NCBI RefSeq assembly: GCF_006345805.1
Contig: NC_043022.1
Location: 22,506,001 to 22,570,000, forward strand
Direction of reading: 5' to 3'
DNA length: 64,000 bases
DNA from: Octopus sinensis
Lineage: Eukaryota
The notes beneath the pieces were generated by a model that was given only the letters and a program-made list of their open reading frames with translations, made no database searches and had not been told where the DNA came from. The first letter of the stretch is position 1. Every line of letters starts with the position of its first letter. This document shows, in pieces, positions 24,936 through 37,995 of this stretch. Position numbers and translations under genes: made by a program.

Positions 24936-26609
24936 AATAGGTAGTAAAATAAATTCATAATTACTTATATGTTCATCATAATCATGACTGTATATAAGCT
25001 GATATACAGAAATAATTTGTAGATAGTATTTCAAAACAGAAAGCGTGTATTGCTTAGTCAAATCTTCATAAGAAATCATATTTAAATATTTATACAGAAT
25101 TTTAGGAGAATGACCGACCATTTTTCTTCATATCCAGTTTTGTACACACACACACACACACAATATTGAATACAAATCAAGACGGTGAGCTGGCAGAATT
25201 GTTAGCACACCAGGTATAAATGCTTAATGGCAATTTGTCTTTATGTTTTGAGTTCAGATTGCCTTTCATACCTTTGGGGTCAATAAAATAAGGACCAGTT
25301 GAGCACTGGGATAACTGTAATCAACTTAACTCTTCCCTCAAAATTACTGGCCTTGTGCCAAAATTTGAAACCAATATTAAGAACAAATCAAATTCATCAG
25401 TTGTGTTGGTAGGACCTGTTTTGACTGTTAATCTCAGTCAGTTTAAGAGTTTTGACTTGCTTGAAATAACAGCTAAATGTCTCAAATCATATCAATACGA
25501 ACATATTGAGGAATATCATCTCATATAAATTTATATTTGAAACAACATAGGATAGTCATGGCTGGACTACTTGGTCGATCCTGACACTGGGAGTAAACAG
25601 TAACATGTACAAAATCTATATTTTGCTGAACATCCCTGACCTCACTGACCTATGATTATATCGTTGAGTATGAGAGGTCATCAGTTCTGTTGATGTTGAA
25701 CATCAGGGGAGGTAAGTCATTCAGTGCCGGTTGCTATACCAGTTGCAACAAGCAATGGGGAAATAATATCTCACTACAACATCCATTGGCTCCTGTACAG
25801 GCCTTTATTCTACTTGTTTGACAATAGGTGCACTTTAACTTGGGAAGACGAGGAGGAGTTAAGCAGTAGGTTTGTTGCTGTTGAGTCCCAGGTGAGTTCT
25901 AAAATATGCAGGTGTACAATCAAAGCTGTTTGATCCACCTATGACTATCCCATTTTTTTTTTCACCAGACTTAGTGTATGCAAGGTCTACTTTTATTGAA
26001 CCCTTTAGCATTCAGATTACTCTGTTAAATTTAATCATGCATTATCTTGTAGTTTTGAGATTTGAAGGATGTGTTTCTTTTATCTTTTACTTATTTCAGT
26101 AATTTTGACTGTGGCCATGCTGGGGCAACACCTTTGAAGGGTTTTTTTTAGTCAAAAACATTGCCCTCCACCAATTTATTTTATTGGTCTCTTTTGCTGG
26201 ACTGCTAAGTTACAGGGATGTAAATACACCAACAACTGTTGTCAACACACACCACACACACACACGGCTTTGGTTGGCTAGTCACTTGCTCGAGGTGTCA
26301 TGCTGTGGGGCTGAACCTGGAAGCATGTGTTTGGGAAGCAAGTGAGAGGCTGGGTCTGGCTAATTTGATCACAAAACAGGTCGAATATTTTGACCAGATA
26401 TGGGTGGCTTAAATGTGAGAAGTTTACATGATCAGGGAACTCGTGCAAAATTCAAACCCATTATCTATATTTCTAGCTTTTCTACCCTTTCACCAGCTTG
26501 AACCCTTACCTACGAACAATGAGTTTTAAGTCATCTTCTTTATCGGCTTGGTGTGAAATCACCATAAGTTTTGTCAAATTTCACTCATTTTTTTTATTTT
26601 CCTTTCCAG

Positions 26610-26707
26610 TTTTTGCCCAACAGATGTGAAGTTCACCACATGTTCTGATGATGGCACTGTTCGGATCTGGGACTTCCAGAGATGTCACGAAGAAAAAATT
26701 CTGAGAG
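26610..26707 (+). CDS. WDR33: WDR33 coding exon (about human exon 7), WD40 region
   Basis: Acceptor cctttccag and donor gtaagt. Encodes [32 protein letters not shown], matching WDR33/Pfs2 (human [32 protein letters not shown]). 98 nt. Confidence 0.97.
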
Positions 26708-26811
26708 GTAAGTTTCTCTGTTGCAGAAATTTATATATGCTACATCTACAGTCCACTGTCCTGTCTACTGAACAGGAGAGCAGCACTGTAAAGGGAGCTT
26801 CTATATGGTTA

Positions 26812-27148
26812 TCTCTATATATATAAATGGCAAAATGTCTGTGTGCGTGTCCTTTATACAAATCCATAATTTTTCAGTTAGAGGGCTCGCACTTTCTATG
26901 GTCATTCAAAACCATCCAAGGATGGTCGTGCACATCTTTACATTTCCCCAATCACCCCGCAAAGCCATTAAAAAATCAATAGAAGTGACTTTTTTGTGAA
27001 TTTTCTATCCAAAACCCAATCAAAGTGCCTGAAACTTGATACGCCAATTGAATGCCAGCTAGCTGTATGTGATTGGTCGGAGATTTGGACAGTACTTGCG
27101 TGTATGTGTGTATGCACGCAGCTGTATATGCATGCACTAGCATTATGA
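26812..27148 (+). mobile_element. Same Helitron family, 3'-truncated
   Basis: Closely similar reverse complement of 18160-18499. Confidence 0.75.
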
Positions 27149-27974
27149 AATTGCAGCCCAAATCCCTCAAATTACATCCTACTGACTTGCAAAAGGAATG
27201 TCGATACACAATTCTTAAGAAAAAGATGGGATGGTCATAGCTGGAAGGTCTTTGATCATAGGTCTGAATGGTGAGGGTTAAGAAGAGTTGACAGACTCAT
27301 TGTATTTTCAGGCCTTTAACCTTTCAGCATTTGGATTACTCTATCAAATGCAGTGATTATTTATTCACATTGTTTTGAATTAATCTTGCATTATCTTGTA
27401 GCCTCCAGATTTCAATGATGTGATTGTATATTTTTAGAATGGCATTGAAGAGTGGGTATGGATCTAGCTGGTCTGAACATAAAACGGGTGGAATATTTGG
27501 GTTGACAGAAAGAATATTCTTGTTATATCTGAGTTTAGTGTGAAAACTATATTGTGTTAGTGGGTGTAAGGGGAAGATAGGTTGGGAAAGAATTTCCTTC
27601 TAAGGGATTTATACAGTTCTGGGAAGAAGGATTGGAGAGAAGTGTTTAGGAAGGAGTATGTTGCATAAGAAACTATTTGGCAGGGTTAGTCTGAAGGATG
27701 AGAGGGAGAAAGGTGATAGGGTAGGTATATATCAGAAAGATTTATTTATATGTCTATAAAGGTAAATGATCTTATTATATTTATTATCAAATTATATTTA
27801 TTAACTTTGCTGGTGCCATGTAAAAAGCACCCAGTCCATTTGGTAAAGTGGTTGGCATTAGAAAAGATATCCAGCTATAAAAATGATGCTAAAACAGACA
27901 GTAAAGCCTGGTGTAGTCCTTTGATTTACTATCTCCTATCAAGTCATCTCACTAATGTCAGCATGGAAAACAGG

Positions 27975-28286
27975 CATTGGCACATAAAAAGCACCATCCG
28001 AACGTGGCCGATGCCAGCGCCGCCTTGACTGGCCTCTGTGCCGGTGGCACGTAAAAAGCACCAACTGATCGTGGCCGCTGCCAGCCTCCCCTGGCACCTG
28101 TGCCGGTGGCACGTAAAAAGCACCCACTACACTCATGGAGTTGTTGGCGTTAGGAAGGGCATCCAGCTGTAGAAACACTGCCAGATCAGACTGGAGCCTG
28201 GTGCAGGCTCCTGGCTTCTTGGACCCTGGTCGAACCGTCCATCCCGTGTTAGCATGGAAAACGGACGTTAAATGATGATGATGATG
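27975..28286 (+). mobile_element. SINE family C
   Basis: Three GGCAC.TAAAAAGCACC units, core and (GAT)n tail. Confidence 0.85.
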
Positions 28287-28386
28287 TTAATGAACAATAA
28301 CTCATTTCAGCATTTAAACATTTTGTTATATGGTATTTTTCATCACTAGTTTTCTTTTCTTTTTTTTCTCTCCTTCTTCTTTTAAG

Positions 28387-28513
28387 GTCATGGAGCTGAT
28401 GTCAAATGTGTTGACTGGCATCCACAGAAGGCACTCATTGCTTCAGGCAGTAAAGACAACCAACAACCCATTAAACTGTGGGACCCTAAGACATCGCAGT
28501 CTTTAGCTACAAT
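28387..28513 (+). CDS. WDR33: WDR33 coding exon (about exon 8)
   Basis: Pyrimidine tract plus aag acceptor, gtaaga donor. [42 protein letters not shown]. Phase fits both neighbours. Confidence 0.97.
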
Positions 28514-29261
28514 GTAAGACCTGTGTTCCTATTCATGTGTGTGTGTATGTTTTCTCTTCTATTTTTAATTATTTGAACTCTTTCTCTAAGGAAGAAGCTG
28601 ATTTCTAACAAATATACAAAGCTCCATCATTGGGATGTAGATAATAAAAACAAATTTGCATTTTAATCTTGAGAAAAGTCTTGCAGAGTTTTACTGTTCC
28701 ACTTACAGTTTGTATTTGTAATATGCGAGTTAGTTGGTTGATTTGTTTTTCTGAAAACCTTAGCTTATCCAGATTGTCAGACTGTCACAAAACCAAGTGC
28801 TCCGATTATTATTATTGGTATAAATGTAAATTTATAATCTGGATGTAGAAGCTGGAGGCTTCCAAGCATTTGTCCATAGTTATCCTTTTTCTCTTTGATT
28901 TGTACCACTTTGCCAGTACCACTTGACTGGCCCTCTTGCCAGTGGCACGTAAAAGCACACTACACTCTTGGAATTGTTGGCGTTAGGAAGGGCATCCTGC
29001 TGTAGAAACTCTGCCAGATCAAGATTGGAGCCTGGTGCAGCCATCTGGTTCGCCAGTCCTCAGTCAAATCGTCCAACCCATGCTAGCATGGAAAGCGGAT
29101 GTTAAACGATGATGATAGTGGTGGTGATGGTGGTGTGGCGGCGGCGGCAGTTTGTCAGCTCTATGTGAATCATTTATTCTATAATATTGATTTCTTGTTC
29201 ATTTATGAGTAATCCCTACAATACTCCTTAACTCTGTGCTTTCCTTTATCTTTTGCTGCAG

Positions 29262-29416
29262 CCATGCTCACAAGAGTACCGTGATGGAATTGAAATGGAA
29301 CAGAAATGGTAACTGGCTATTGACAGCGTCGAGGGACCATTTGTTGAAGTTGTTTGATATTCGTAACATGAAAGAAGAAATGCAAACATTCAGGGGCCAC
29401 AAAAAGGAAGCAACTG
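29262..29416 (+). CDS. WDR33: WDR33 coding exon (about exon 9)
   Basis: tgcag acceptor, gtaagg donor. [51 protein letters not shown]. Confidence 0.97.
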
Positions 29417-29717
29417 GTAAGGGTCATCATTATATTTTCTAACAAGTTGTGGTGCACCTGAGCACTGTATACAATAATTTCATTATATTATATTATGGTC
29501 AGTATAGGGTGAGAGTGTGGGATATATGGATTTACAGATTTTTGGTAGAGGGTTTGAATGTAGTGTAAAAATTAGTGTTTAGGATTTGAGTATAAGATTA
29601 AGATGAGTATAGGATTGGCATACAGGTTATAGATTAATGCTTGAAAACAGGTGAGCATTGGTAACAGGAAGGGCATCCGGTCATGTTTATGTAAGGTTAG
29701 TGTGTAGATGTGTTTAT

Positions 29718-30090
29718 ATCTCTTTTACTCTTTTACTTGTTTCAGTCATTTGACTGCGGCCATGCTGGAGCACCGCCTTTAGTCGAGCAAATCGACCCCA
29801 GGACTTATTCTTTGTAAGCCCAGTACTTATTCTATTGGTCTCTTTTGCCGAACCGCTAAGTAACGGGGACATAAACACGCCCACATCGGTTGTCAAGCAA
29901 TGCTAGGGGGACAAACACACACACATATATATATATATACATATATACGACGGGCTTCTTTCAGTTTCCGTCTACCAAATCCACTCACAAGGCATTGGTT
30001 GGCCCGAGGCTATAGTAGAAGACACTTGCCCAAGGTGCCACGCAGTGGGACTGAACCCTGAACCAAGCTACTTACCACACAGCCACTCCT
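29718..30090 (-). mobile_element. SINE family A, young copy with CpGs intact
   Basis: Reverse complement of family A. Confidence 0.9.
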
Positions 30091-30454
30091 ATGTGTATGA
30101 CAGAATGTAAATGTTAGTTTATTTTGTTGTTGTTGATGTGATAATTTTGGTTCTATTTATAATGTTTGGGTAGATTCCCTCAGTAGCTGCGACTCGGTGG
30201 TGGTTGTATAAGTTTGGGTTATATGGGTTGTGGAATGTAAACAATTTTAGGTTGCAAGTACTTTTGAGAAAGGTTTCTTGGGTGCTGACTAAACTGATAG
30301 CATTGAGTTACGTCCCTTGATAGGTTGTCTGATCAAATCTTGTTGAGCTTGACTTTGCTGATCTTTTGAGTCAGATAAAATAAATTTCAGTTGGATGGTA
30401 GAGCAGCTGATGATAAAGCACATTGTTGTATTTTGTTACATTACTTATCCCTGG

Positions 30455-30917
30455 TCCACAGACGAAGATGATATCCGGTGTGATGTAAGAGGCGGCTCGC
30501 GCCTTCCTCCTGCGTCTCTTATTTGTTCCTCAAATTTGCTGACTGTGTTGAAGATCGTGTGGCGCCAGACATCACAGTCCACAGCCAGGTCTGACCAGCA
30601 TTGGTGGTCAATATGACATGCTGTTAGAGACTTCTTGAGGCAGTCTTTGTAGTGCTTCCTCGGAGCTCCTCTCACTCGGTGGCTGGTGGAGTGTTCGCCA
30701 AACAGGGCAATCTTTGGAAGGTGATGGTTCTCCATTCTGGAGACATGCCCTGCCCATTGGAGGTGGTACTTCAGTAGCGTGGCTTCAATGCTGGGGTTCT
30801 TGTCTCTGGACACTGCTCATGGACCTGCCTTTCCCATATCGGACTTGTCAGTCATGAGCGTGCATGCACACGACATGGACAGCCTTCCTGATCTTCGTTT
30901 GCGAAGCTGAGCCATGA
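30455..30917. mobile_element. RTE-clade LINE 3' fragment with 5' inversion and 13-bp TSD
   Basis: Minus strand SIEATLLKYHLQWAGHVSRMENHHLPKIALFGE...RGAPRKHYKD. Plus strand HCSWTCLSHIGLVSHERAC followed by the 3' end. Flanked by TACTTATCCCTGG at 30442-30454 and 30918-30930. Confidence 0.9.
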
Positions 30918-31066
30918 TACTTATCCCTGGAAATTGTTTTCCTTGTGCCAAAATTTGAAACCATTGCAATCAACTAAATATCTCTCCCGTAAAATTTGTG
31001 GCTAAATCTCAATAACAGATTTTTATTATTTGTTCATAATTTCTCTGCTCTGTTTTTTTTTTTCAG

Positions 31067-31145
31067 CTGCTGCTTGGCACCCAATTCACGAGGGACTGTT
31101 CTGCAGTGGAGGATCAGATGGAACCATTATGTTCTGGCAAGTAGG
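31067..31145 (+). CDS. WDR33: WDR33 coding exon (about exon 10)
   Basis: T-tract plus cag acceptor, gtaggt donor. [27 protein letters not shown]. Confidence 0.96.
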
Positions 31146-31359
31146 GTAGGTATCTGCGTTGATATTGTTTGTGTGCCATGAAATAGGTTATGTGTCTCAT
31201 GTAGCATAGTAGTTCACAGCCGTTGTTTTCCTTTGGACCCCTTTGATTCCTATTTTATTCTAATGGGCTCCCATAGCCATTTGAAGTTTTTAAAAAAACC
31301 CATTTTCTCCTCCTTCTCCTCCTCCTCCTTTCAATGTCTGTTTCCCTTGCTGGCATGGT

Positions 31360-31588
31360 TTAACCCTTTCGTTACTGTATTTATTTTGAGATGCTCTGTG
31401 CTTCTTCTAATTATTTTAAATATAACCAAGAATTTAGTAAAATAACTTAATTATCATTGAGCTAGTGTTAGGAACATAAATTGTGACTAAGATTTGGTGG
31501 AAGATTTGAATTCAAAACTTATGAAAACAAGACATTTACACTAAAGAGCCAGAGCCGGTTTCAGCCGAGTTGGTAACGAAAGGGTTAA
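31360..31588. mobile_element. Second TTAA MITE family
   Basis: Perfect 16-nt inverted ends TTAACCCTTTCGTTAC / GTAACGAAAGGGTTAA. Confidence 0.8.
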
Positions 31589-32053
31589 ACAGTTTGACTA
31601 AAGATGGTAAACCAGAGAGCAGCACAAAAGGATGAAAGGCAAAGTTGACCTTGGTGGAAATTGAACTCAGAGCGTAAAGCAGATGAAATACTGCTAAGCA
31701 TTTCATCGGCATGCTAACGTTTCTGCCAGCTCACTGCCTTCCTTTAATTATAATTTTGTTCACGTTTGATGGTGTCAGTGGCGAGAAGCTTGCTGGAAAT
31801 AGTGAATGAATGAGGGACAATGATGTAAACAAACATGATACAAAAATGTGAACATACAAACAAAATAAAATAAATATACATTTTACAAACAAAAAGAAAA
31901 TGGCCTTGAATATATAGTTAAAACAACGAAAATGTCCTATAGGACAGGAAACTAAAAAAACGAATGGTGGAAAAAGAAATCATGTTGAAAGTGTGTGTGT
32001 GTGTGTATCATTATAAGACTGTCATGTTGATATTTAATGTTTCTCTTTCTCAG

Positions 32054-32164
32054 AATTGACAAAGAAGTAGGTGGAATGGAAGAAGCCCATGAAGGAATGG
32101 TATGGAGTCTGGCATGGCATCCTATGGGACACATTCTAGCATCTGGTTCCAATGACCACACCAC
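32054..32164 (+). CDS. WDR33: WDR33 coding exon (about exon 11)
   Basis: ctcag acceptor, gtaagt donor. [37 protein letters not shown]. Confidence 0.97.
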
Positions 32165-32292
32165 GTAAGTCTCTCAGCATTTATTATATACACACTGCCA
32201 TTATACACATACAACACTCACAGAGTTCATGTGGCATGTTTTAACATATTACTCCTGATGTTTACACCACATAAGTTTCACAAAATGCATAT

Positions 32293-32527
32293 ATATATAA
32301 AATATGAATTAGAGATAAAACCACTATTAGGTAACTCAAACAGTGATAGACATAAACCAATACATAAATAAAAATTTTTGATTTAAAAAATTTAAATTTA
32401 AATATATATATATATTATATATTATATTAATTATATTTATATTATTTGTTATTTATGTATTGGCTTATGTCTATCACTGTTTGAGTTGCCTAATAGTGGT
32501 TTTATCTCTAATTCATATTTTATATAT
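32293..32527. repeat. Inverted repeat with arms of about 78 bp around an AT spacer
   Basis: ATGAATTAGAGATAAAACCACTATTAGG / CCTAATAGTGGTTTTATCTCTAATTCAT. Confidence 0.88.
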
Positions 32528-33649
32528 TTATACTGTGAAATTTGATTTAATCCTAATTCTAATTTTTCCCTGTAAGTTTGGAGCCATACTCCCTAATATT
32601 ATCATTATATATATATATATATATATATCATCAATCATCATCATCAACATTTACCATCTGATTTCCATGCTGGTATGGGTTGGACAGCTTGACAGGAACT
32701 GGCAAGGTCAGGACCTGTGCCAGTTTCCATAGTTCGTTTCAGCTTGTTTCTATGGCTAGATGCCAACCACTTTACAGAGTGTACTGATTGTTTTTAACAT
32801 GGCACCAGTGTATTTTATGTGGCACCATCACCTGTGCTTGTTATGTGACACTGACACATGCTTTTTATGTGGCACCATCACCAATGCTGGCCTTGTGGGA
32901 AATATTGCCTTGCTTGGAAAAGCAGATGAGAGTTGGTGCCTTGACAGATTCCATCTGACCCATACAAGCATAGAAAAATGGATGTTAAATGAAGATGATG
33001 ATGCTAACGAGAAGAAAATTCATTGAAATATTCTCACATAGGCATGGACATGGTTGTGTGGTGAGAAGCTTTCTTCCTAATCACATGGTTTAGCATTCTG
33101 TCCCACTGCTTGGCACCTTAGGCAAATGCCTTCTACTATAGCCTTGGGCCAACCAAAGCCTTGTGAGTAGATCTGGTAGTTGGAAACTGAAAGAAGCCCA
33201 TCTATGTGTGAGTGTCTTTGTGTCTGTGTTTGTCCCCTGCCTACCACTTGACAACCAGTGCTGGTGTATTTACGTCCCTGTAACTTAGCGGTTTGGCAAA
33301 AAAGACAAAAAGAACAAGTAACAACTTATGAAAAAATTAGTACTGGGAGTTAACACATTCCACTAAAATTACGAGGCAGTGCCCTAGCTTGGCCGCTGTG
33401 AAATGATTGAAACAAGTAAAAGCAATAATGCAAGAGAGATAACTCCCAAAATTTCAGTTGACCAAAAATTTAGCCAGATTATGCAGGAGTGGAAATGTGT
33501 CTGAATTTTGGTCTTGTTTGTTCACATTAGGAAAGAAAAGTCAGGAAAATACTATATAATTGCAGTTGGTTGCTTTGACACACTAAAAGTGTCACAATAT
33601 GCTGCATCTCTTAATTAAGTCCCAGTTAAACAATATTGTTAGTATTATG

Positions 33650-34158
33650 TGGAGGCGCAATGGTCCAGTGGTTAGGGCAGCGGACTCGCGGTCGTAGGAT
33701 CGCGGTTTTGATTTCCAGACCAGGGATTGTGAGTGTTTATTGAGCAAAAACACCTAAAGCTCCACGAGGCTCCGGCAGGGTGTGGTGGTGAACCCTGCTG
33801 TTCTCTTTCATTACAACTTTCTCTCACTCTTTCTTCCTGTTTCTGTTGTACCTGTATTTCAAAGGGCCAGCCTTGTCACACTCTGTGTCACGCTGAATCT
33901 CCCCGAGAACTACGTTAAGGGTACACGTGTCTGTGAAATGCTCGGCCACTTGCATGGTAATAAATGAGCTGCGACGTCACTGTTGCCAAGCTGTATCAGC
34001 CTTTGTTTATCCCTTAGATAACATTAGTGGCGTGGAGAGGGCAGGCTAGTATGCATAGGCAACTGCTGGTCTTCCATAAACAACCTTGCCCAGACTTGTG
34101 CCTCGGAGGGTAACTTCCTAGGTGCAATCCCATGGTCATTCATGACCGAAGGAGGTCA
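33650..34158 (+). mobile_element. tRNA-derived SINE family E
   Basis: Head GGAGGCGCAATGGTCCAGTGGTTAGGGCAGCGGACTCGCGG, then ACACCTAAAGCTCCACGAGGCTCCGGCAG. Relatives at about 11075-11375(-), 54625-54835(-) and 61578-61815(+). Confidence 0.8.
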
Positions 34159-34413
34159 CAACACAACACAATTTACTTTAAATTTCTTTTTATTTTAATT
34201 TAATTATAAGTGCAAAATATACCTGTAGTTGTTTGCCATAATAATTGGGATACTTAAAATAGTTATGCAGTCTACCTTGGCAAATCCTGTTCAATCCATG
34301 TAAGTATGGAAAACTGGATGTTAAAATGACAATGATGATAGATATATATGTGTGTGTGCGTGTGTGTGTTTGTATGCATTTATTAAAACTTTCTATTCTT
34401 CTGTTTTAAAAAG

Positions 34414-34511
34414 GAAATTCTGGACACGTAACCGGCCCGGTGATAAAATGAGAGATCGGTACAATTTGAACACACTACCTCTAGGAATGGATCAAGAGGC
34501 TGCTGATTGTG
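34414..34511 (+). CDS. WDR33: WDR33 coding exon (about exon 12), end of WD40 propeller
   Basis: aag acceptor, gtaaga donor. KFWTRNRPGDKMRDRYNLNTLPLGMDQEAADC contains the diagnostic KFWTRNRPGDKMRDRYNLN. Confidence 0.96.
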
Positions 34512-34611
34512 GTAAGAGTCTTAGTTTTTGTGGATGATTCTTAAGAATGCTTATTTGCACATTAAGCTAACAGTGGTACCTGAGCATTTGAACAAAAAAT
34601 TTATATTAATT

Positions 34612-35035
34612 TCATCATCATCGTTGTCGTTTAACGTCCGCTTTCCATGCTAACATGGGTTGGACGGTTCAACTGGGGTCTGGGAAGCCAGAAGGCTGCA
34701 CCAGGCCCAGTCTGCACTGGCAATGTTTCTACGGCTGGATGCCCTTCCTAACGCCAACCACTCGATGAGTGTAGTGGGTGCTTTTTACATGCCACCGGCA
34801 CAGGGGCCAGACTAGGCTGGCAAACGGCCATGATCGGATAGTGCTTTTTACATGCCACCGGCACGGAGGCCAGGTGAGGCTGGCAACAGCCACGATCGGA
34901 TGGTGCTTTTTATGTACCACTGGCACGGAGGCTAGTCGGGGCGGCGCTGGCAAGGGCCACGTTCGGATGGTTCTCTTATGTGCCACCGGCACTGGTATCA
35001 CAGCTACAATTTGCATTGATGTTGATTGATTTTGA
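34612..35035 (-). mobile_element. SINE family C
   Basis: Reverse complement with four tandem units. Confidence 0.85.
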
Positions 35036-36444
35036 ATTTGTATAGATGAATAATGGTTTCAAATTTCGTACAAGGCAAGAAGTTTTAGGGTAGGGATAAA
35101 TGGATACATTGACATTAGAACATAACTGGTACTTATCTCATGGACCCTGGAAGGATGAAAGGCAAAGTTGACCTCAGCAGCATTTGAACTCAGAACATAA
35201 AGAGCTGGAAGAAATGTGGTTTCAATTCTCAGACCGGGTGGTGCATTTTGTTCTTGGGCATTGCGATCACTTTGACACCTGATGTGTGGTATACCATGTA
35301 CCTGTTCAGACAATGCCAATTTGATGGAGGCAGTGAGCTAATGTACAGCACATCCATTTGATCCCTATAAACAAATCATTTGTGCAGGTCGTTTGGCGAA
35401 AGGTCTTTGACAAGGAGAGTCTGTCATTAGCATGCCAAACAGAATGTGTAGTGTCATTTTGTATGTCTTTATTATTTCTTTATTGCTCACAAGGGGCTAA
35501 ACATAGAGGGGACAGACAAGGACAGACAAAGGGATTAAGTCGATTACACCGACCCCTATGCGTAACTGGTACTTAATTTCTTGACCCCGAAAGGATGAAA
35601 GGCAAAGTCGACCTCGGCAGAATTTGAACTACCCAGAAGGGGCTAAACACAGAGAGGACAAAAAAGGACAGACAAACGGATTAAGTCGATTAGATCGACC
35701 CCAGTGCGTAACTGGTACTTATTTAATCGGCCCCGAAAGGATGAAAGGCAAAGTCGACCTCGGCAGAATTTGAACTCAGAACGTAACGGCAGACGAAATA
35801 CTGCTAAGCACTTCGCCCGGCGTGCTAACGTTTCTGCCAGCTCACCACCTTTTGTATGTCTTTAAGTGCTGAGTTCAAATTCCATCTGAGGTCAACTATG
35901 CTTTTCATCCTATCAGGACTGGGTTTGATGTAATTGACTTGCAATTGACAAATTTCAGGCCTTGTACCTATAGCAGAAAGTATTATTATTGATATTGAAG
36001 TGGTGGGCTGGGAGAATCCTTCGCATGTCAGATGAAATGCTTTGTGAAATTTCTTCTGGCTTTCAAATTCCACTGAAATTGGCTTTGCTTTTCATCTCTC
36101 TGAGCACTGGGGGTTGAAGAAATCAACTAACTCCCTGTCCCCAAATTTCAGGCCTTGTGCCTATAATAAATAGAAAGAATTGTTGGCATACCAGATTAAA
36201 TGCTTAGTGGCGCGTCATCTGTCTGTAGGTTCTGAGTCCAAGTCCTTTCAAATTTGCCTTTCATCATAATGGGGTCGATGAAATGAGTAGCAGTTGAATA
36301 CTGGGGGTTGATGTAATTGACTAGCCCTTCCCCCCACCACAATTTCATACCTTGTGCTTATAATAGAGAGGACTGTTATTATTATTGTTGTTGTTTTTGT
36401 TGTTGTATTAATTTTTCTCTCATTCTATTCTCACGTGGCTCCAG

Positions 36445-36519
36445 ATTACGAACAGATAACCACACATCTACCTGGAATGGGTCTTGAACAATTTCCAGAG
36501 AAAGAACAGAAAATGAAAG
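36445..36519 (+). CDS. WDR33: WDR33 coding exon (about exon 13)
   Basis: ctccag acceptor, gtaact donor. DYEQITTHLPGMGLEQFPEKEQKMK, where LPGMG matches the conserved IPGMG. Phase 1 on both sides fits the neighbours. Confidence 0.88.
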
Positions 36520-36565
36520 GTAACTTATCATCTCCATCATTTTTGTCATTTAATTCGCTCACTCT

Positions 36566-36715
36566 ATAAGCTGTTTTAGAACGAATATGTCATCTATTGT
36601 ATTGTGGTTCCTATAGAAACCTGCTTGCTCTCTTGGCTGTGGGTTGTTGAGGTGTCTTGATAGTCTTGTGACTATGACCTTTGTAAACAGCTTATATAGG
36701 TGAAACGAGGCATTT
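36566..36715 (-). mobile_element. RTE-like reverse-transcriptase fragment
   Basis: HLYKLFTKVIVTRLSRHLNNPQPREQAGFYRNHNTIDDIFVLKQLIE carries the EQAGF..T.D.IF motif of non-LTR RT. Confidence 0.75.
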
Positions 36716-37398
36716 GGGTGATGGTTTTTTAAATCTAGTTTGTGTGGTGTGCAGAAGTCCAGTTGTGTGGTAAGAAGTTTGCTTCTGAAGCTCATGGTTC
36801 CACATTCAGTTCCACTGTGCGGCACCTTGGGCCAGTGTCTTTTACTATTTCCTCTGGTTTTATATTCTGATTTTCTGAGGTTTAAAATAAGTACCATTTG
36901 AGCACTGGGGGTCAGTCTAACTAAAACTTCTTCAAGGCAGTGCCCCAGCATGGCTGCAGTCTAATGACTGAAACAAGTAAAAGATAAAGATAACAGTTGC
37001 CCCCTGTGTCACTCAAGTGAAAGTTGCACCTTTTTCACCGTGTTAGTCACTCAGTAATCTATCGTTTTGCAACCCACAAGAGTGAACATTTCAGCTGAGG
37101 GTTTTGCTATTTATTATTTAAAAGGTATATTCACGCCTGTCATTGTTGCCTTGCTAACTCCGCTTACTCCAGAAGACCAAGGCGATTCAAGTATTGAAGC
37201 TCATGCAGAAGTATTGGGCACGGCTCTTCATTGTCTTATTAACTTAATTGTTGTTTAACCCCAGGTCAGCTCTGGTGGTTTAGATATATGACCAAAGGTT
37301 AGGCAGCTGTGACAACAATATTTCATTGGATTTCTGTTATATTTCCTAATTTTCCTGTTGTTCCTATACTTTTTCTCTACGTTTTTGTTTATTTCCAG

Positions 37399-37995
37399 AG
37401 ATATCCAGTTTAAGTTGTGGTAGTGGCAGTGACAATGATCTTCCTGCAATTCCTGGACTGGATTGGGTTGCAGATGAACAGTACTTAAAGCAACAGAATG
37501 AACAGAGGATACCCCGCAAGCGGGTACCATATGCTCGGCCTGTGCCGAAGAACTTTGAGCAAGCCTGGCTCGGGCAGAAACCGACTGGAGCGGCAGGTAC
37601 TGATGGGAGCCAACAAAAACCTCCTGCACAGAAAGACGACGGTACAACGCCAGCTGCCAACCTCCCGCCTCAGTCTAGAGATGGTGTGACCCCAGCTAAT
37701 CAACCACAGACTACCCCACTTGCTGCTGGTAATCAGACAGTCCCTGCTCCTCCTCCACAGCCAGGAAAGATGCTTGGCAATCAGCTCAGTCTGCCCCCAA
37801 ATATGCCCCCACCTCCCCAAATGCAAGGAGGCCCAATGAACATGAATGCACCTCCACCTCCTCTTCCAATGGGTGGTCAGGTGATGCACCCTATGGCCCA
37901 AGGACCTCAGACTATACAACCACCAGGCATGATAGGACCTCCGAATATGACTGGTATGCCTCAGGGATCACGTCCTCCGGTACATAATCCAATGA
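37399..37995 (+). CDS. WDR33: WDR33 coding exon with IPGLDW and VPYARP motifs followed by a Pro/Gln/Met-rich region
   Basis: tttccag acceptor, gtaagt donor. PAIPGLDWVADEQ...RKRVPYARPVPKNFEQAW matches human TIPGLDWG...KKVPYAKPIPAQFQQAW. Confidence 0.93.

Noticed and set aside
26708-26826. Read-through of exon 7 into the intron as an analogue of a short human isoform
   Set aside because: The extension is unremarkable and ends inside a Helitron, with no clear poly(A) site.
33651-33725. tRNA-like sequence
   Set aside because: Degenerate B box and acceptor stem, and it continues into a repeated body. It is a SINE head, not a tRNA gene.
37485-37919. Minus-strand ORFs of 98-144 aa
   Set aside because: Shadows of the Pro-rich WDR33 exon.
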